Part shown: piece after piece, positions 7,502-16,851 of the stretch | How positions within the stretch are numbered: the stretch's first letter is position 1 | Layout: every line of letters starts with the position of its first letter | NCBI GenBank assembly: GCA_017453005.1 | Contig: JAFTKY010000017.1 | Coordinates: forward strand, 1 to 52,354 | Length of the DNA: 52,354 bases | Origin: Clostridia bacterium | Lineage (GTDB): Bacteria > Bacillota > Clostridia > Oscillospirales > CAG-272 | Direction: 5' to 3' | Notes under the pieces: generated by a model | The model's database searches: none | The model's input: the letters and a program-made list of their open reading frames with translations, nothing else | What the model was told of the DNA's origin: nothing | Made by a program: the position numbers and the translations under genes

Positions 7502-7912
7502 ATGAGGCCAACGAAGGAGTTAATTTTGAAATCCGCGACAGACGGAATGATCAGAGGACTGACCTTTTTCCTTGTTATGAATATCTATATTTCAGCTTTC
7601 GCAGCATCAGCTCCGCTTTTGATTTCACTTTGCATTGCAGTTGCTGTTGCTACAATACACGGGCTGTTGTTCTTTGTGTTGTTGCGCAAGGAAACAAAAA
7701 ATAAATACATTTTGCTTTTCTGCCTTATAAGTGCCGCAATATCTATTTTGTGCTTTGCAGTGCTTTTAATCCTGCCGTGGCGGTTGCCCTTGCGTGAGGT
7801 GAATGCGGGAGACGGGTTGATGATAATGCTTCTTTCTCCACTTGCGGTAGGCCTTGGCGCAATCTCAAGGTATGCGATAGCATTGCCTATATTAAAAAAG
7901 AAACAAAACTAA
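7502..7912 (+). CDS. Hypothetical four-TM membrane protein
   Basis: GGAGG RBS, own promoter and terminator, hydrophobic helices. Confidence 0.75.
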   Translation: MRPTKELILKSATDGMIRGLTFFLVMNIYISAFAASAPLLISLCIAVAVATIHGLLFFVLLRKETKNKYILLFCLISAAISILCFAVLLILPWRLPLREVNAGDGLMIMLLSPLAVGLGAISRYAIALPILKKKQN

Positions 7913-7913
7913 C

Positions 7914-7952
7914 AAAAAAACAGTTGTCTACAAATTGTAGACAACTGTTTTT
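7914..7952. terminator. Bidirectional terminator
   Basis: AAAAACAGTTGTCTACA-AAT-TGTAGACAACTGTTTTT. Confidence 0.85.
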
Positions 7953-8154
7953 ATTTATTGTGATATTCCTCAAACAGATCGTTTGGCGTGCATTGTAGAA
8001 TGTCGCAGATTGCTTTTAGATTCTCAAACTTTATGCTTGTGGTCTCATTGTTTACGATGCGGTTGAAATTCTGGTAGCTGAGACCAAGCTGAATATAAAG
8101 CCAATACTTGGTTTTGCCCTTTTCTTCAAGAATATCAAGAATTCGCAGCTTCAT
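7951..8154 (-). CDS. Small XRE/Cro-C1 HTH regulator (YozG-like)
   Basis: IKFENLKAICDILQCTPNDLFE pattern; RBS GAGGTG. Confidence 0.9.
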   Translation of the reverse strand: MKLRILDILEEKGKTKYWLYIQLGLSYQNFNRIVNNETTSIKFENLKAICDILQCTPNDLFEEYHNK

Positions 8155-8165
8155 AATATCACCTC

Positions 8166-8243
8166 TACATTATATAATGTAATAATTATATATTAAAAAT
8201 TCACTTGACATATAGACTTTTACATGATATAATGTATACATTA
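8166..8243. promoter_or_regulatory. Divergent control region with palindromic operators
   Basis: TACATTATATAATGTA(8166-81) and TACATGATATAATGTA(8221-36); TTGACA(8205-10)-17bp-TATAAT(8228-33). Confidence 0.7.
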
Positions 8244-8270
8244 GATATAAACTTATAAAGGGGAAATATT

Positions 8271-9320
8271 ATGAAAAAGATACTTTCGGCGACTTTGGCG
8301 TTGATTACCGTTTTGTGTACGCTTGCGGGATTTTGCGCGTGCGATAAGGAGGACGGTCATACTCACAGCTATCATGTTGAGAGCAAAAGAGCAGAGTACG
8401 TAAAGAGCGAGGCAACCTGTACGACGGGTACTGTCATTTATTACAGTTGTCTTTGCGGCGAGAAGGGCAGCGAGACTTTTGAGCTTGACAACAAGACACA
8501 CAATATATCAAAGACGTATACCGATACCAACTCCCTTTATCACACAACAAAGGCAACCTGCCGCGACTGTTCCGCCGTGGTGTCCGAGACGCTTGAGCTT
8601 CATACCTATTCGGACGGAAAGAATTGCGCATATTGTGACCACAGAAAAAAGAGCAGTGAATTTAAGCCGGGACTTTACCGGTCCGGAACAGAAACACTGA
8701 TTTATTCATGGGAAGAGCTCATCAATGAAGGAATATTGACCGTAACAGAAAAAGCAATATCGGGAAGCGACCGCGAAATGCTTGCGGGCGACCTTGTAAT
8801 CCCCGATTCCATTGAAAAAATATCAGACATGGCATTTATGGATTGCGACAAGCTTACAAGAGTGTCGTTGCCGATATCGCTCAAGGAAATAGCGTCGTAT
8901 GCGTTTGCGGAATGCGATGCACTTGAAAACGTGGTTTTCCCCGCAAGCCTTTATTCTATCGACAGTCATGCCTTTTATAGCTGTGACAGCTTTACAAGCA
9001 TTGAACTGCCCAATTCCGTTAGGACGTTAAACGGCTTTGCATTTGCAAACTGCAAAAACGTGACCGGTCTTGTGCTGTCAAGCAAGGTAGAAACTCTTAA
9101 TCCCTCCGTATTTATGGGAATGAGAAGTCTTACTGAAATCACGATTCCTTCGTCTGTTACATGTATAAGAGAATACGTCATTCTTGCATGCTACAACCTC
9201 GTTTGTGTTGAATACGAAGGAACGGTTGAGGAATGGAATGCGATTGCAAAAAACACCTATTGGGCAGGATATCCCAACGAGTACAGTATTATTTGCTCGG
9301 ACGGAGAAGTGACGGAATAA
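8271..9320 (+). CDS. Surface lipoprotein with Cys/His-rich repeats and BspA-type (LRR_5) leucine-rich repeats
   Basis: Signal peptide ending FCAC; HTHSY..ATC and CxxC units; IPDSIEKISDMAFMDCDKL-type repeats. Confidence 0.85.
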   Translation: MKKILSATLALITVLCTLAGFCACDKEDGHTHSYHVESKRAEYVKSEATCTTGTVIYYSCLCGEKGSETFELDNKTHNISKTYTDTNSLYHTTKATCRDCSAVVSETLELHTYSDGKNCAYCDHRKKSSEFKPGLYRSGTETLIYSWEELINEGILTVTEKAISGSDREMLAGDLVIPDSIEKISDMAFMDCDKLTRVSLPISLKEIASYAFAECDALENVVFPASLYSIDSHAFYSCDSFTSIELPNSVRTLNGFAFANCKNVTGLVLSSKVETLNPSVFMGMRSLTEITIPSSVTCIREYVILACYNLVCVEYEGTVEEWNAIAKNTYWAGYPNEYSIICSDGEVTE

Positions 9321-9327
9321 GATAATC

Positions 9328-9360
9328 AAAAATCCGCAGAGATTTTCTCTGCGGATTTTT
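9328..9360. terminator. Bidirectional terminator
   Basis: AAAAATCCGCAGAGA-TTT-TCTCTGCGGATTTTT. Confidence 0.85.
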
Positions 9361-10093
9361 AACATTCTTTAAGATATTTAACCTCATCATCCGTAAGCCT
9401 TCTCCACTTGCCGGCGGGGAGGCTGTCGAGGGTGATATTACCTATGGCGACACGGGTGAGCCTTTGAATTTTTGCGCCGTGAGCGTCGCACATTCTGCGT
9501 ATCTGGCGATTTCTGCCCTCGTAAAGCTCGAACTGCACAAGGGTGGTCTTGTCGCTCTGTGACAGCTTTTTTACGGTCACGGGGGCTGTCTCTCTGCCGT
9601 CAATGACAACGGGCGCACCAAGAGACGAAACCTCCTGCTCGGAGAGAATACCGCTGAGGGTGACGTGATATATTTTGGGGATAGAGTGGCGAGGGTGCGT
9701 GAGCTTATTTGCAAGCTCGCCGTCGTTCGTCATAAGAAGCAATCCGTCCGAGTCCATGTCGAGCCTGCCAACGGGGTAGAGACGAACCCTTTTGCCCGCG
9801 CTGTCCGTGACGTCACGGCAGAGGTCGGTCACGTCCGCGCGTCCCTTTTCGTCGGACGCGGTGGTGACTATTCCGCGCGGCTTGTTGAGCATAATGCAGA
9901 TTTTTTCGTCCGTGGGCAGACAGACCCGCTTGCCCTTGTATTCAACTATATCCGACGCGGGGTCTATCTTTTGACCGAGAGTAGCGGTAACGCCGTTTAC
10001 CTTGACGTTGCCCTTTTCTATCTCAGCCTCGGCGGCTCGCCGCGACATGATACCGCAGTCGGTAAAATATTTTGAAATTCTTACACTTTCCAT
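9359..10093 (-). CDS. rluB: rRNA pseudouridine synthase (RluB/RsuA family)
   Basis: S4 domain SRRAAE, LNKPRG, VGRLDMDSDGLLL, EGRNRQIRRM; ATG at 10093 likely. Confidence 0.88.
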   Translation of the reverse strand: MESVRISKYFTDCGIMSRRAAEAEIEKGNVKVNGVTATLGQKIDPASDIVEYKGKRVCLPTDEKICIMLNKPRGIVTTASDEKGRADVTDLCRDVTDSAGKRVRLYPVGRLDMDSDGLLLMTNDGELANKLTHPRHSIPKIYHVTLSGILSEQEVSSLGAPVVIDGRETAPVTVKKLSQSDKTTLVQFELYEGRNRQIRRMCDAHGAKIQRLTRVAIGNITLDSLPAGKWRRLTDDEVKYLKEC

Positions 10094-10101
10094 ATTCAAG
10101 T

Positions 10102-11307
10102 TCAGTCGAATAGCGACGCTATCCACTCCAAAAGATTAGTTTTATTCTTTTTGTTTGCTACCGTGTATTCGGCGCGTAGCGGCGTTTCTGCTATTATCTC
10201 GCCGTCAAGGTAGATGACGAGCGTGCCAAGCTCGTCGCCTGCAACAACGCCTCCAAAATGAAATCTCGGCAGCTCCATTACGTACTCAATATTCTCGCAA
10301 TTTCGCGGCAATATGACCGAAACGCTCTTTTTGTTGCTGACTGCGACAGTGTCCTCAGATGCGTTTATAAGCGGCAGGGAATATATGTATTCTCCCTCGG
10401 CGCACAGCTCTCGCAGCTCGTAAAGTGACGAGGCGTAGTCCAGCAGCCGCGTGTGGTCGCTCCAATCCGACGGGGCGTTGAGGGTGACGCAGATGTACTC
10501 CACGCCGTCACGCGCCGCGGCGCTTACAAGACACCGTCCGCTCTTTTTGGTAAAGCCCGTCTTTATGCCTATCGCGCCCTCGTAGGACCGCAGCAGCTTG
10601 TTGTGGTTTATAAGAAGTCTCGCGCCCTCGTCTGTATTCAGCGGAATTGTGGTTTTGTAGGTCGAGACTATCTTGCGGAAGGTCTCGTTTTGCATGGCGG
10701 CTCGGGCTATCAGCGCCAATTCCTTTGCCGTGGTATAGTGATCTTCACCGTCAAGTCCGTGCGGATTTTCAAAGCTCGTGTTCTCAAGCCCGAGGTCGTG
10801 CGCGGTCTTGTTCATCATATCCGCAAAGCCCGATATACTCCCGCCGACCTCAATGGCTATCGCCGCGGCGGCGTCGTTTGCGGATTCAAGGAGCATGGCG
10901 TAGAGCAAATTCTCCATCGTCAGCTCCTCGCCCTCGTACAGATATACAGACGAGCCCTCTACGCCGACGGCGAGAGGGGAGATCTTGACGGTTTTTTGAA
11001 TGTCGCAGGCCTGAAGCGCGACAAGAGCCGTCATTATCTTTGTGGTTGACGCCATGGGCAGCCTTTGGTCACAATTTTTGGACCAAATAATATCTCCGCT
11101 TGACGCCTCGATCACCACGGCGCTTTTAGCGGAGATCTCGCCCTCGCTCGGTCTGTCCGACATCTCCACGGCGGGCAGGGAAAAGCTTTTCTCGGTTGTT
11201 TCATTCTCTTGCACGCCCGAGCACGCGCAAAGACACAGACATAGAAATACAGCCGTCAGCATAGCGGCGGCTTTTTTTATGCGCGAAAAATTTTCAGATA
11301 CAAGCAC
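10102..11307 (-). CDS. dacB: D-alanyl-D-alanine carboxypeptidase (S11), sporulation DacB-type
   Basis: ASTTK, SAND and KTG motifs; follows ytfJ; GTG at 11307 after GGAGG. Confidence 0.85.
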   Translation of the reverse strand: MLVSENFSRIKKAAAMLTAVFLCLCLCACSGVQENETTEKSFSLPAVEMSDRPSEGEISAKSAVVIEASSGDIIWSKNCDQRLPMASTTKIMTALVALQACDIQKTVKISPLAVGVEGSSVYLYEGEELTMENLLYAMLLESANDAAAAIAIEVGGSISGFADMMNKTAHDLGLENTSFENPHGLDGEDHYTTAKELALIARAAMQNETFRKIVSTYKTTIPLNTDEGARLLINHNKLLRSYEGAIGIKTGFTKKSGRCLVSAAARDGVEYICVTLNAPSDWSDHTRLLDYASSLYELRELCAEGEYIYSLPLINASEDTVAVSNKKSVSVILPRNCENIEYVMELPRFHFGGVVAGDELGTLVIYLDGEIIAETPLRAEYTVANKKNKTNLLEWIASLFD

Positions 11308-11348
11308 GACAAACCCTCCGGGCAAATACTTTTTGATGCATTTACAAA

Positions 11349-11378
11349 AGTATATTTGCCCGAAAGGGTTTTTATGAC
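11349..11378 (-). promoter_or_regulatory. Candidate sigE promoter for dacB
   Basis: Minus strand gTCATAAA-14bp-aATAtacT resembles the sigE consensus; dacB is sigE-dependent in B. subtilis. Confidence 0.5.
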
Positions 11379-11391
11379 ATGAGCTCTGCTA

Positions 11392-11808
11392 TTACTCGGC
11401 AGACTCCTCAGCGTCGTCCTTAGCGAAAATTGCCTTTATCTTTGCGATGATCTCGGGGGAGCGGTCAATGAGCTCGGAGATCTGCTCGATGGGATCTGCG
11501 GGGTTCTTCAGACCGATATTTACCATCTCAACTCTGCCCTCGGGGTCAATGCAGAGGAAGCCTACGGGCTGAATGGATATACCCGTTCCGCCGCCTGCGC
11601 CGAAGTTCTGGGGCTTTGTGTGCTCGGACTTGTCGTTGAAGTCAACGCCGCCCGTAGCGTAGCCAACTGCTACCTTGGAGATAGGGATTATCGTCGTGCC
11701 CGACGCGGTGTTGATGGGAGAGCCGATTACTGTGTCGGCGTCAATGATGTTCTTTATCTGCGACAGTGTAGCCGCGATAACTTCCTGGAGCTTGTTTTCA
11801 GATGCCAT
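11392..11808 (-). CDS. ytfJ: Sporulation protein YtfJ/GerW
   Basis: DADTVIGSPI, IIPISKVAVGYATGG, FGAGGGTGISIQPVGFL. Confidence 0.93.
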   Translation of the reverse strand: MASENKLQEVIAATLSQIKNIIDADTVIGSPINTASGTTIIPISKVAVGYATGGVDFNDKSEHTKPQNFGAGGGTGISIQPVGFLCIDPEGRVEMVNIGLKNPADPIEQISELIDRSPEIIAKIKAIFAKDDAEESAE

Positions 11809-11846
11809 AACAAAATTCCTTTCATTTATATAAGTTTATTGTTTTC

Positions 11847-12632
11847 TTATGCTTTTTCGGTTTTGGGGGCTTTGGAGACTTGTACCTCGCCCACCTTGTG
11901 CGCGGGCTTCTTTTCGGGCTGTATCTTTATCCAGCCTGCTATTGCCTTGAACGCTACCTTGAAGAGTACGCAGAGCACACCCCAAAGGTTCATGGAGAAG
12001 GAAAGCTTTAAGTCCGCCTCGATCTTTTCAGAGAGGTAATCGGGGACGATTTCGATGTCTGCACGCGATCTGCCGTGAAGATTTGAGTGCTTGTCGAGCA
12101 GGGCGATCAAAGCACCGCACGCCGCGTATATACCGTACCAGCGCAGGGCAACCTGTGCCGCGTCGGGACCGCCGACCTTTATGTGAAGGCGTGAGGTCTT
12201 TATATGCAGGTGCGAGAAGAAGGTAGAGAAGAACAGCTTTACAATGCCTGTGGCAAGACCTATTGTGTCAGTCAGCTCGGGACGGCTCTCGCGTTTTTGC
12301 TTTTTGAGTGCCTTTTTTTCTTCCTTTGTGAGCTTTGCCTGCTCGGCGCGCTTTGCTTTTTTCTTTGCCTGCTTTTCTGCTTTTTTTGCCGCCTTCTTGG
12401 CTTCAAGCCTTTTGCGTTTTTCCTCGCGCTTGGCTATTTTTTGGGGGGTATAATCAGAGAGCTTGTATTTTTTCTCCTTTTTGGGGAGAATTCTTATTCG
12501 GACGCCGAATGCCCAGACGTTGAGCTTTAACTCGTCCGACAGCTCAAGGTTTACAAAAATGCGTACGGAAAAGAGCAATATAAGTATTGCAAGAACAATT
12601 AAAAATGCAATTATAAATATCACTCCTTTCAA
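11847..12632 (-). CDS. ytfI: DUF2953 protein (YtfI-like)
   Basis: N-terminal TM, Lys-rich segment, GGPDAAQVALRWYG motif; upstream of ytfJ. Confidence 0.7.
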   Translation of the reverse strand: MKGVIFIIAFLIVLAILILLFSVRIFVNLELSDELKLNVWAFGVRIRILPKKEKKYKLSDYTPQKIAKREEKRKRLEAKKAAKKAEKQAKKKAKRAEQAKLTKEEKKALKKQKRESRPELTDTIGLATGIVKLFFSTFFSHLHIKTSRLHIKVGGPDAAQVALRWYGIYAACGALIALLDKHSNLHGRSRADIEIVPDYLSEKIEADLKLSFSMNLWGVLCVLFKVAFKAIAGWIKIQPEKKPAHKVGEVQVSKAPKTEKA

Positions 12633-12647
12633 TGAATTTTACTTGTT

Positions 12648-13313
12648 TTATTCCTCGATGGTCTCGATTGATTCTGCTTTTTCATCGCTTTGCGACGCAT
12701 CAGTAGCCATCGGCGGTATCATCATACCGACCTCGCCGACAAGACCGATGTTCGCGCCCTCAGTCTCACTCTCCGTCGGGGGAGTGAACTCGCACTGCGG
12801 AAGCTCGTCAAGAGAGTTCAGACCAAACACGCGCAGAAATTTCTCGGTAGTCGCGTAAAGCATGGGGCGTCCGGGCGCGTCAAGTCTGCCACAGCAGGCG
12901 ATGAGGTTTTTGTCAATAAGTGACGTCATCGCGTAGGACGAGTCAACCCCTCGCACGGAGTCCACGTATGAACGCGTGACGGGCTGGTTGTATGCTACCA
13001 CCGCAAGCGCCTCCATTGTGGAGTTTGAGAGATTTCCGCCGCGCTTGATACCAAGTGCCTCGCGTATGTAGGGCATGTATTCCTCCTTAGTGGAGAACTG
13101 ACACGACTCAGGGTACATGAGAAGCATTATGCCTCGCGTGGATTTCTTTGAATTGTATTCCTTGGACATAGCCTCTACTATCTGCTTTACGTCGCCAACA
13201 GAGAGCCCGAGCACCTCGGAGAGCTTTTCGTACGTGATGGGATGTCCCGCCGCATAAAGAATAGCCTCAATAGCACCCGATATATTCGTTAAAGTCATAT
13301 TTTCTTCACTCAT
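12648..13313 (-). CDS. scpB: Segregation and condensation protein B
   Basis: IEAILYAAG, LAVVAYNQPVTRS, PGRPMLYATTEKFLRVFGL. Confidence 0.95.
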   Translation of the reverse strand: MSEENMTLTNISGAIEAILYAAGHPITYEKLSEVLGLSVGDVKQIVEAMSKEYNSKKSTRGIMLLMYPESCQFSTKEEYMPYIREALGIKRGGNLSNSTMEALAVVAYNQPVTRSYVDSVRGVDSSYAMTSLIDKNLIACCGRLDAPGRPMLYATTEKFLRVFGLNSLDELPQCEFTPPTESETEGANIGLVGEVGMMIPPMATDASQSDEKAESIETIEE

Positions 13314-14133
13314 ACCAAAGCCTCGCTTTCAGAAAAGATGTCAAGCTGCTTGTCTGCCGCAGCGATTGCCGCACCGAACTCGCCCGGTACGTCCTGGGGG
13401 GGATTTTCGTTTATTATGAATTTTGCCTCGTCACCCATAAGTGAGGAGATACCCGTGTCGTCACCCGCGATGAGTATTTTTCTTACCTTTATAAGCTCAA
13501 GCACGCCGAGGAATATTGCTATCATATCGTTGAGAGATACCGAATCGTCGAGAAGCTCGCGCAGACTGGTTTCCTTTTTCTTTGACATTCTTGAGAGTAT
13601 TCCGACTATCTTGACCTCAACGGGAACTATGGGCTTGCTTATCATGGGGGTAAAGGTCTCGCGGTCGGGAAGGGGACGGTTTTCGTTGTAGGTGATGATG
13701 CGCCTCACGGCAAGCAGCAGGCTTTCAGTTTCCTGGTCTGCGACAAAGGACTTGTCTATTGATATCTCGTCCGTATCCTTTTCAAGTCTGCCCGAGTATT
13801 TCGCGTATTCGGGGAGCAGCTTTTTCGCCGCCTCCTTTGCCTGCTGGTACTTGATAAGCATTTCAGCAAGGGCAGCTCTGGGGTCATCTTCTTCCTCCTC
13901 GACCTTGGGAAGAAGCATCTTGCTCTTTATGAGCATGAGCTCGCTCGCCATGACGATAAACTCGGAGGCAAGCTCCATGTCAAGCGCCTGCGCCGCCGCA
14001 ATATATTCCATATACTGCTCGCAGATGAGGTTTATCTGGATGTCCTCTATATTCATTTTGTTTTCTGTATCAGGCTCAGCAAAAGGTCAAGGGGGCCCTC
14101 AAACTCTTGCACACGATAGCTTAAAGTGTCCAT
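13310..14133 (-). CDS. scpA: Segregation and condensation protein A (kleisin), with a 1-nt frameshift near codon 25
   Basis: ATG 14133 encodes MDTLSYRVQEFEGPLDLLLSLIQKTK*; the rest (MNIEDI..ASEFIVMASELMLIKSKMLLP..FLGVLEL) is in another frame from 14056. Confidence 0.9.
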
Positions 14134-14156
14134 CTGGATCTCCGATCAAGTGATTA

Positions 14157-14870
14157 TTAGATAAATAGAGAAAACAGCATATTAAAGGGATACGAGACGA
14201 GCTCCATGACCTTCTCCGCAATAAACGAGGTAAGGTAAACGCCAAATACTCTTGAAAGCACGAGATTGATTATAAGCACCGCAAAGAAGGTGTATCTTTC
14301 GTACTGCATTATCTTGAAATATATGCGTGTAGGGAGCAGCACTCCTATAAATCTCGAGCCGTCAAACGGGGGGACGGGAATGAGATTGAATACCATAAAG
14401 ATAAAATTATACATTGCCCAGAGGTAGAAGAAGGCGTACAGAACGGAAAACAGACTAAGTAACGTCTCGTTTATCGTGCCCGACATGACCACCTTGACCT
14501 CAATAAACCAGGTAAGTGAGCAGAAAAAAGCTCCGATAATACCCAATATAAGATTTGCAAGCGGGCCTGCAATTCCCGTAATAGCCATGCCCTTTTTTGG
14601 ATTGTCAAAGTTTCGGGGATTTATCGGCACGGGCTTTGCCCAGCCAAATCCAAAGGCAATCATGCAAAGCGTACCCCAAAGGTCAAGGTGCTTTGCGGGG
14701 TTTACCGTCATTCGTCCGAGATTGAAGGCGGTTCGGTCTCCCATTTTGTACGCGGCGTATGCGTGTGCAGCCTCGTGGCATGAGAGAGCAAAAAGCACTA
14801 TCGGTACGGACAGGATAAGCTGTATTATGGTGTTTCTTATATCTCCCGAGGAGAGTAGTGAAATTAGCAT
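14157..14870 (-). CDS. Site-2 (M50) membrane metalloprotease
   Basis: HEAAH, GWAKPVPINP, AGPLAN, FNLIPVPPFDG; ATG at 14870 after GGAGG. Confidence 0.92.
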   Translation of the reverse strand: MLISLLSSGDIRNTIIQLILSVPIVLFALSCHEAAHAYAAYKMGDRTAFNLGRMTVNPAKHLDLWGTLCMIAFGFGWAKPVPINPRNFDNPKKGMAITGIAGPLANLILGIIGAFFCSLTWFIEVKVVMSGTINETLLSLFSVLYAFFYLWAMYNFIFMVFNLIPVPPFDGSRFIGVLLPTRIYFKIMQYERYTFFAVLIINLVLSRVFGVYLTSFIAEKVMELVSYPFNMLFSLFI

Positions 14871-14912
14871 TGTAACCTCCGTTTTTTGCGATGTCAGGGA
14901 CATCGCGCCTTT

Positions 14913-16211
14913 TTAAAGGTCGAGCCTTATAAGGTCCTCGTACGTCTCGCGGGCAACTGCGAGACGAGCCTTGCCGCCCTTTACCATAATCACGGGAGGA
15001 CGGGGAATACGGTTATAGTTTGAAGCCATGGAGTAGTTGTATGCGCCCGTGACGAGTACCGCAAGAATGTCTCCGCGTCGCGCAGGCTGAATATCCATGT
15101 CCTCGCCTATAAGGTCGCCCGACTCACAGCATCTGCCCGCAACAGTCGCTCTGTAGGAGCGGGGCATGTCTGCGCGATTTGCGATAAGGGCTGTGTAGCG
15201 CGACTGATAAAGCGCGTATCGGGGGTTGTCGGGCATACCGCCGTCAACCGAAATGTAATTTTTAAAGCCGGGTATCTCCTTTACCGAGCCGACGGTGTAA
15301 AGAGTTATTCCCGCTGCCGCAACAAGCGAGCGTCCGGGCTCAAGGCGTACCTCGGGCATAGCTATGCCGTTCTGCGCGCAGAAATCCGTTACTACACTTG
15401 CAATATCGGATATAGCCGCGGCGTAGTCTATCTGAGGGTCGTCCTCGGTATAGCGAACACCAAGTCCGCCGCCGAGATTGAGCTCCTTTATTGTATAGCC
15501 GAGTGTGTTTTTTATGTCCGCGATAAATCTTATCATGATGTCAGCCGCGTCGGAGAAGGGCTGAACATCAAATATCTGCGAGCCGATGTGACAGTGAAGT
15601 CCGCACAGCTCAATGTTGTCCGCCGCTATTGCGCGCTTGACTATATCCATAGCCTGACCCGTCTCAATGGCTGAGCCGAACTTTGAATCAACGCTGCCCG
15701 TCACTACCGCCTTGTGCGTGTGGGGGTCAATGCCGGGGGTGATGCGGAGAAGTATCTTTTGTGTGATGCTTCTGGCTTTTGCCTCGTCGCTGACGGCGTA
15801 AAGCTCGTCGATATTGTCAACGACTATTCTGCCAACGCCCATTTCCATAGCGTCGGATATGTCGCGGTCGGTCTTGTTGTTGCCGTGGAAGAATATCTTT
15901 TCTGCAGGGAAGCCCGCCGCACGCGCGGTGTAAAGCTCACCGCCAGAGACGCAGTCTATCCCAAGCCCTTCCTCTGCGGCTATTTTGTATATCTCCTTAA
16001 AGCAGAGCGACTTTGACGCAAAGAGCGGAAGCGCTCCCGCGCCGAAATTCTCGGTCGCAGCCTTGAGATATATTCTCATGTTTTGCCTTATAACGTCCTC
16101 GTCAATGATGTACGCAGGTGTGCCAAATTCACGTGCCAGCTCGACAGTATCAAGCCCGCCTATCGTAAGGTGTCCCTGTTCATTGACGGAAAGATGGGGA
16201 TAAAGTATCAT
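14913..16211 (-). CDS. lysA: Diaminopimelate decarboxylase
   Basis: FASK PLP lysine, HCHIGSQ, EPGRS, GRCCESGD, GAYNYSMASNYN. Confidence 0.96.
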   Translation of the reverse strand: MILYPHLSVNEQGHLTIGGLDTVELAREFGTPAYIIDEDVIRQNMRIYLKAATENFGAGALPLFASKSLCFKEIYKIAAEEGLGIDCVSGGELYTARAAGFPAEKIFFHGNNKTDRDISDAMEMGVGRIVVDNIDELYAVSDEAKARSITQKILLRITPGIDPHTHKAVVTGSVDSKFGSAIETGQAMDIVKRAIAADNIELCGLHCHIGSQIFDVQPFSDAADIMIRFIADIKNTLGYTIKELNLGGGLGVRYTEDDPQIDYAAAISDIASVVTDFCAQNGIAMPEVRLEPGRSLVAAAGITLYTVGSVKEIPGFKNYISVDGGMPDNPRYALYQSRYTALIANRADMPRSYRATVAGRCCESGDLIGEDMDIQPARRGDILAVLVTGAYNYSMASNYNRIPRPPVIMVKGGKARLAVARETYEDLIRLDL

Positions 16212-16228
16212 AATTTTAATCCTTTTAG

Positions 16229-16837
16229 TTAAAGTTTAACTCCCGTAAGCTCGGATATAGCCGCCCAAAGCTCTGCCTTGCCCTCGCCCTTGAGCGAGGA
16301 GAAGGGAATGATGGGCGTACCCTCGCGGATAAGCTCGTCGTTTGATATAACGGAGAGATTGTTTGCTCTCTCGGTCTTGTTGAGCTTATCTACCTTCGTG
16401 ATTACGAGGATGTAGGGAATACCTGCCGCGTTCATCCAGTCAAGCATCATGGCGTCGTCATTCGTGATACCGACGCGGCTGTCAACAAGCTGAACCACGC
16501 CGCGAATAAGGTCTGCATTTTTGTTTTTGGTAAAATAACCATCCGTCAACGCCGACCACTTATCTCTGTCTGCGGGATTTCTCGCCGCAAAGCCGTAGCC
16601 GGGAAGGTCAACGAGAAAGAGCTTTTTGTCAACCTCGTAAAAGTTCACGGTAATGGTCTTGCCGGGGGTAGACGACACTCGCGCGAGTGACTTTCTGCCG
16701 AGAAGCGTGTTGATAAGCGAGCTTTTTCCCACGTTTGAGCGACCCGACAGCGCAATCTGCGGAATGGGGTCTGCGGGGAATTGGCTGGCCAGACCTGCGG
16801 TCATTTTAAGATTTGTATTCTGAATGTTAAGTCCCAT
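16229..16837 (-). CDS. engB: Ribosome biogenesis GTPase YsxC/EngB
   Basis: GRSNVGKSS, TPGKT, DLPGYG, TKVDK; follows lon. Confidence 0.95.
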   Translation of the reverse strand: MGLNIQNTNLKMTAGLASQFPADPIPQIALSGRSNVGKSSLINTLLGRKSLARVSSTPGKTITVNFYEVDKKLFLVDLPGYGFAARNPADRDKWSALTDGYFTKNKNADLIRGVVQLVDSRVGITNDDAMMLDWMNAAGIPYILVITKVDKLNKTERANNLSVISNDELIREGTPIIPFSSLKGEGKAELWAAISELTGVKL

Positions 16838-16851
16838 AATTGAGGCTCCTG

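Noticed and set aside
16211-16229. Lysine riboswitch before lysA
   Set aside because: Only 17 bp separate engB and lysA, so there is no room.
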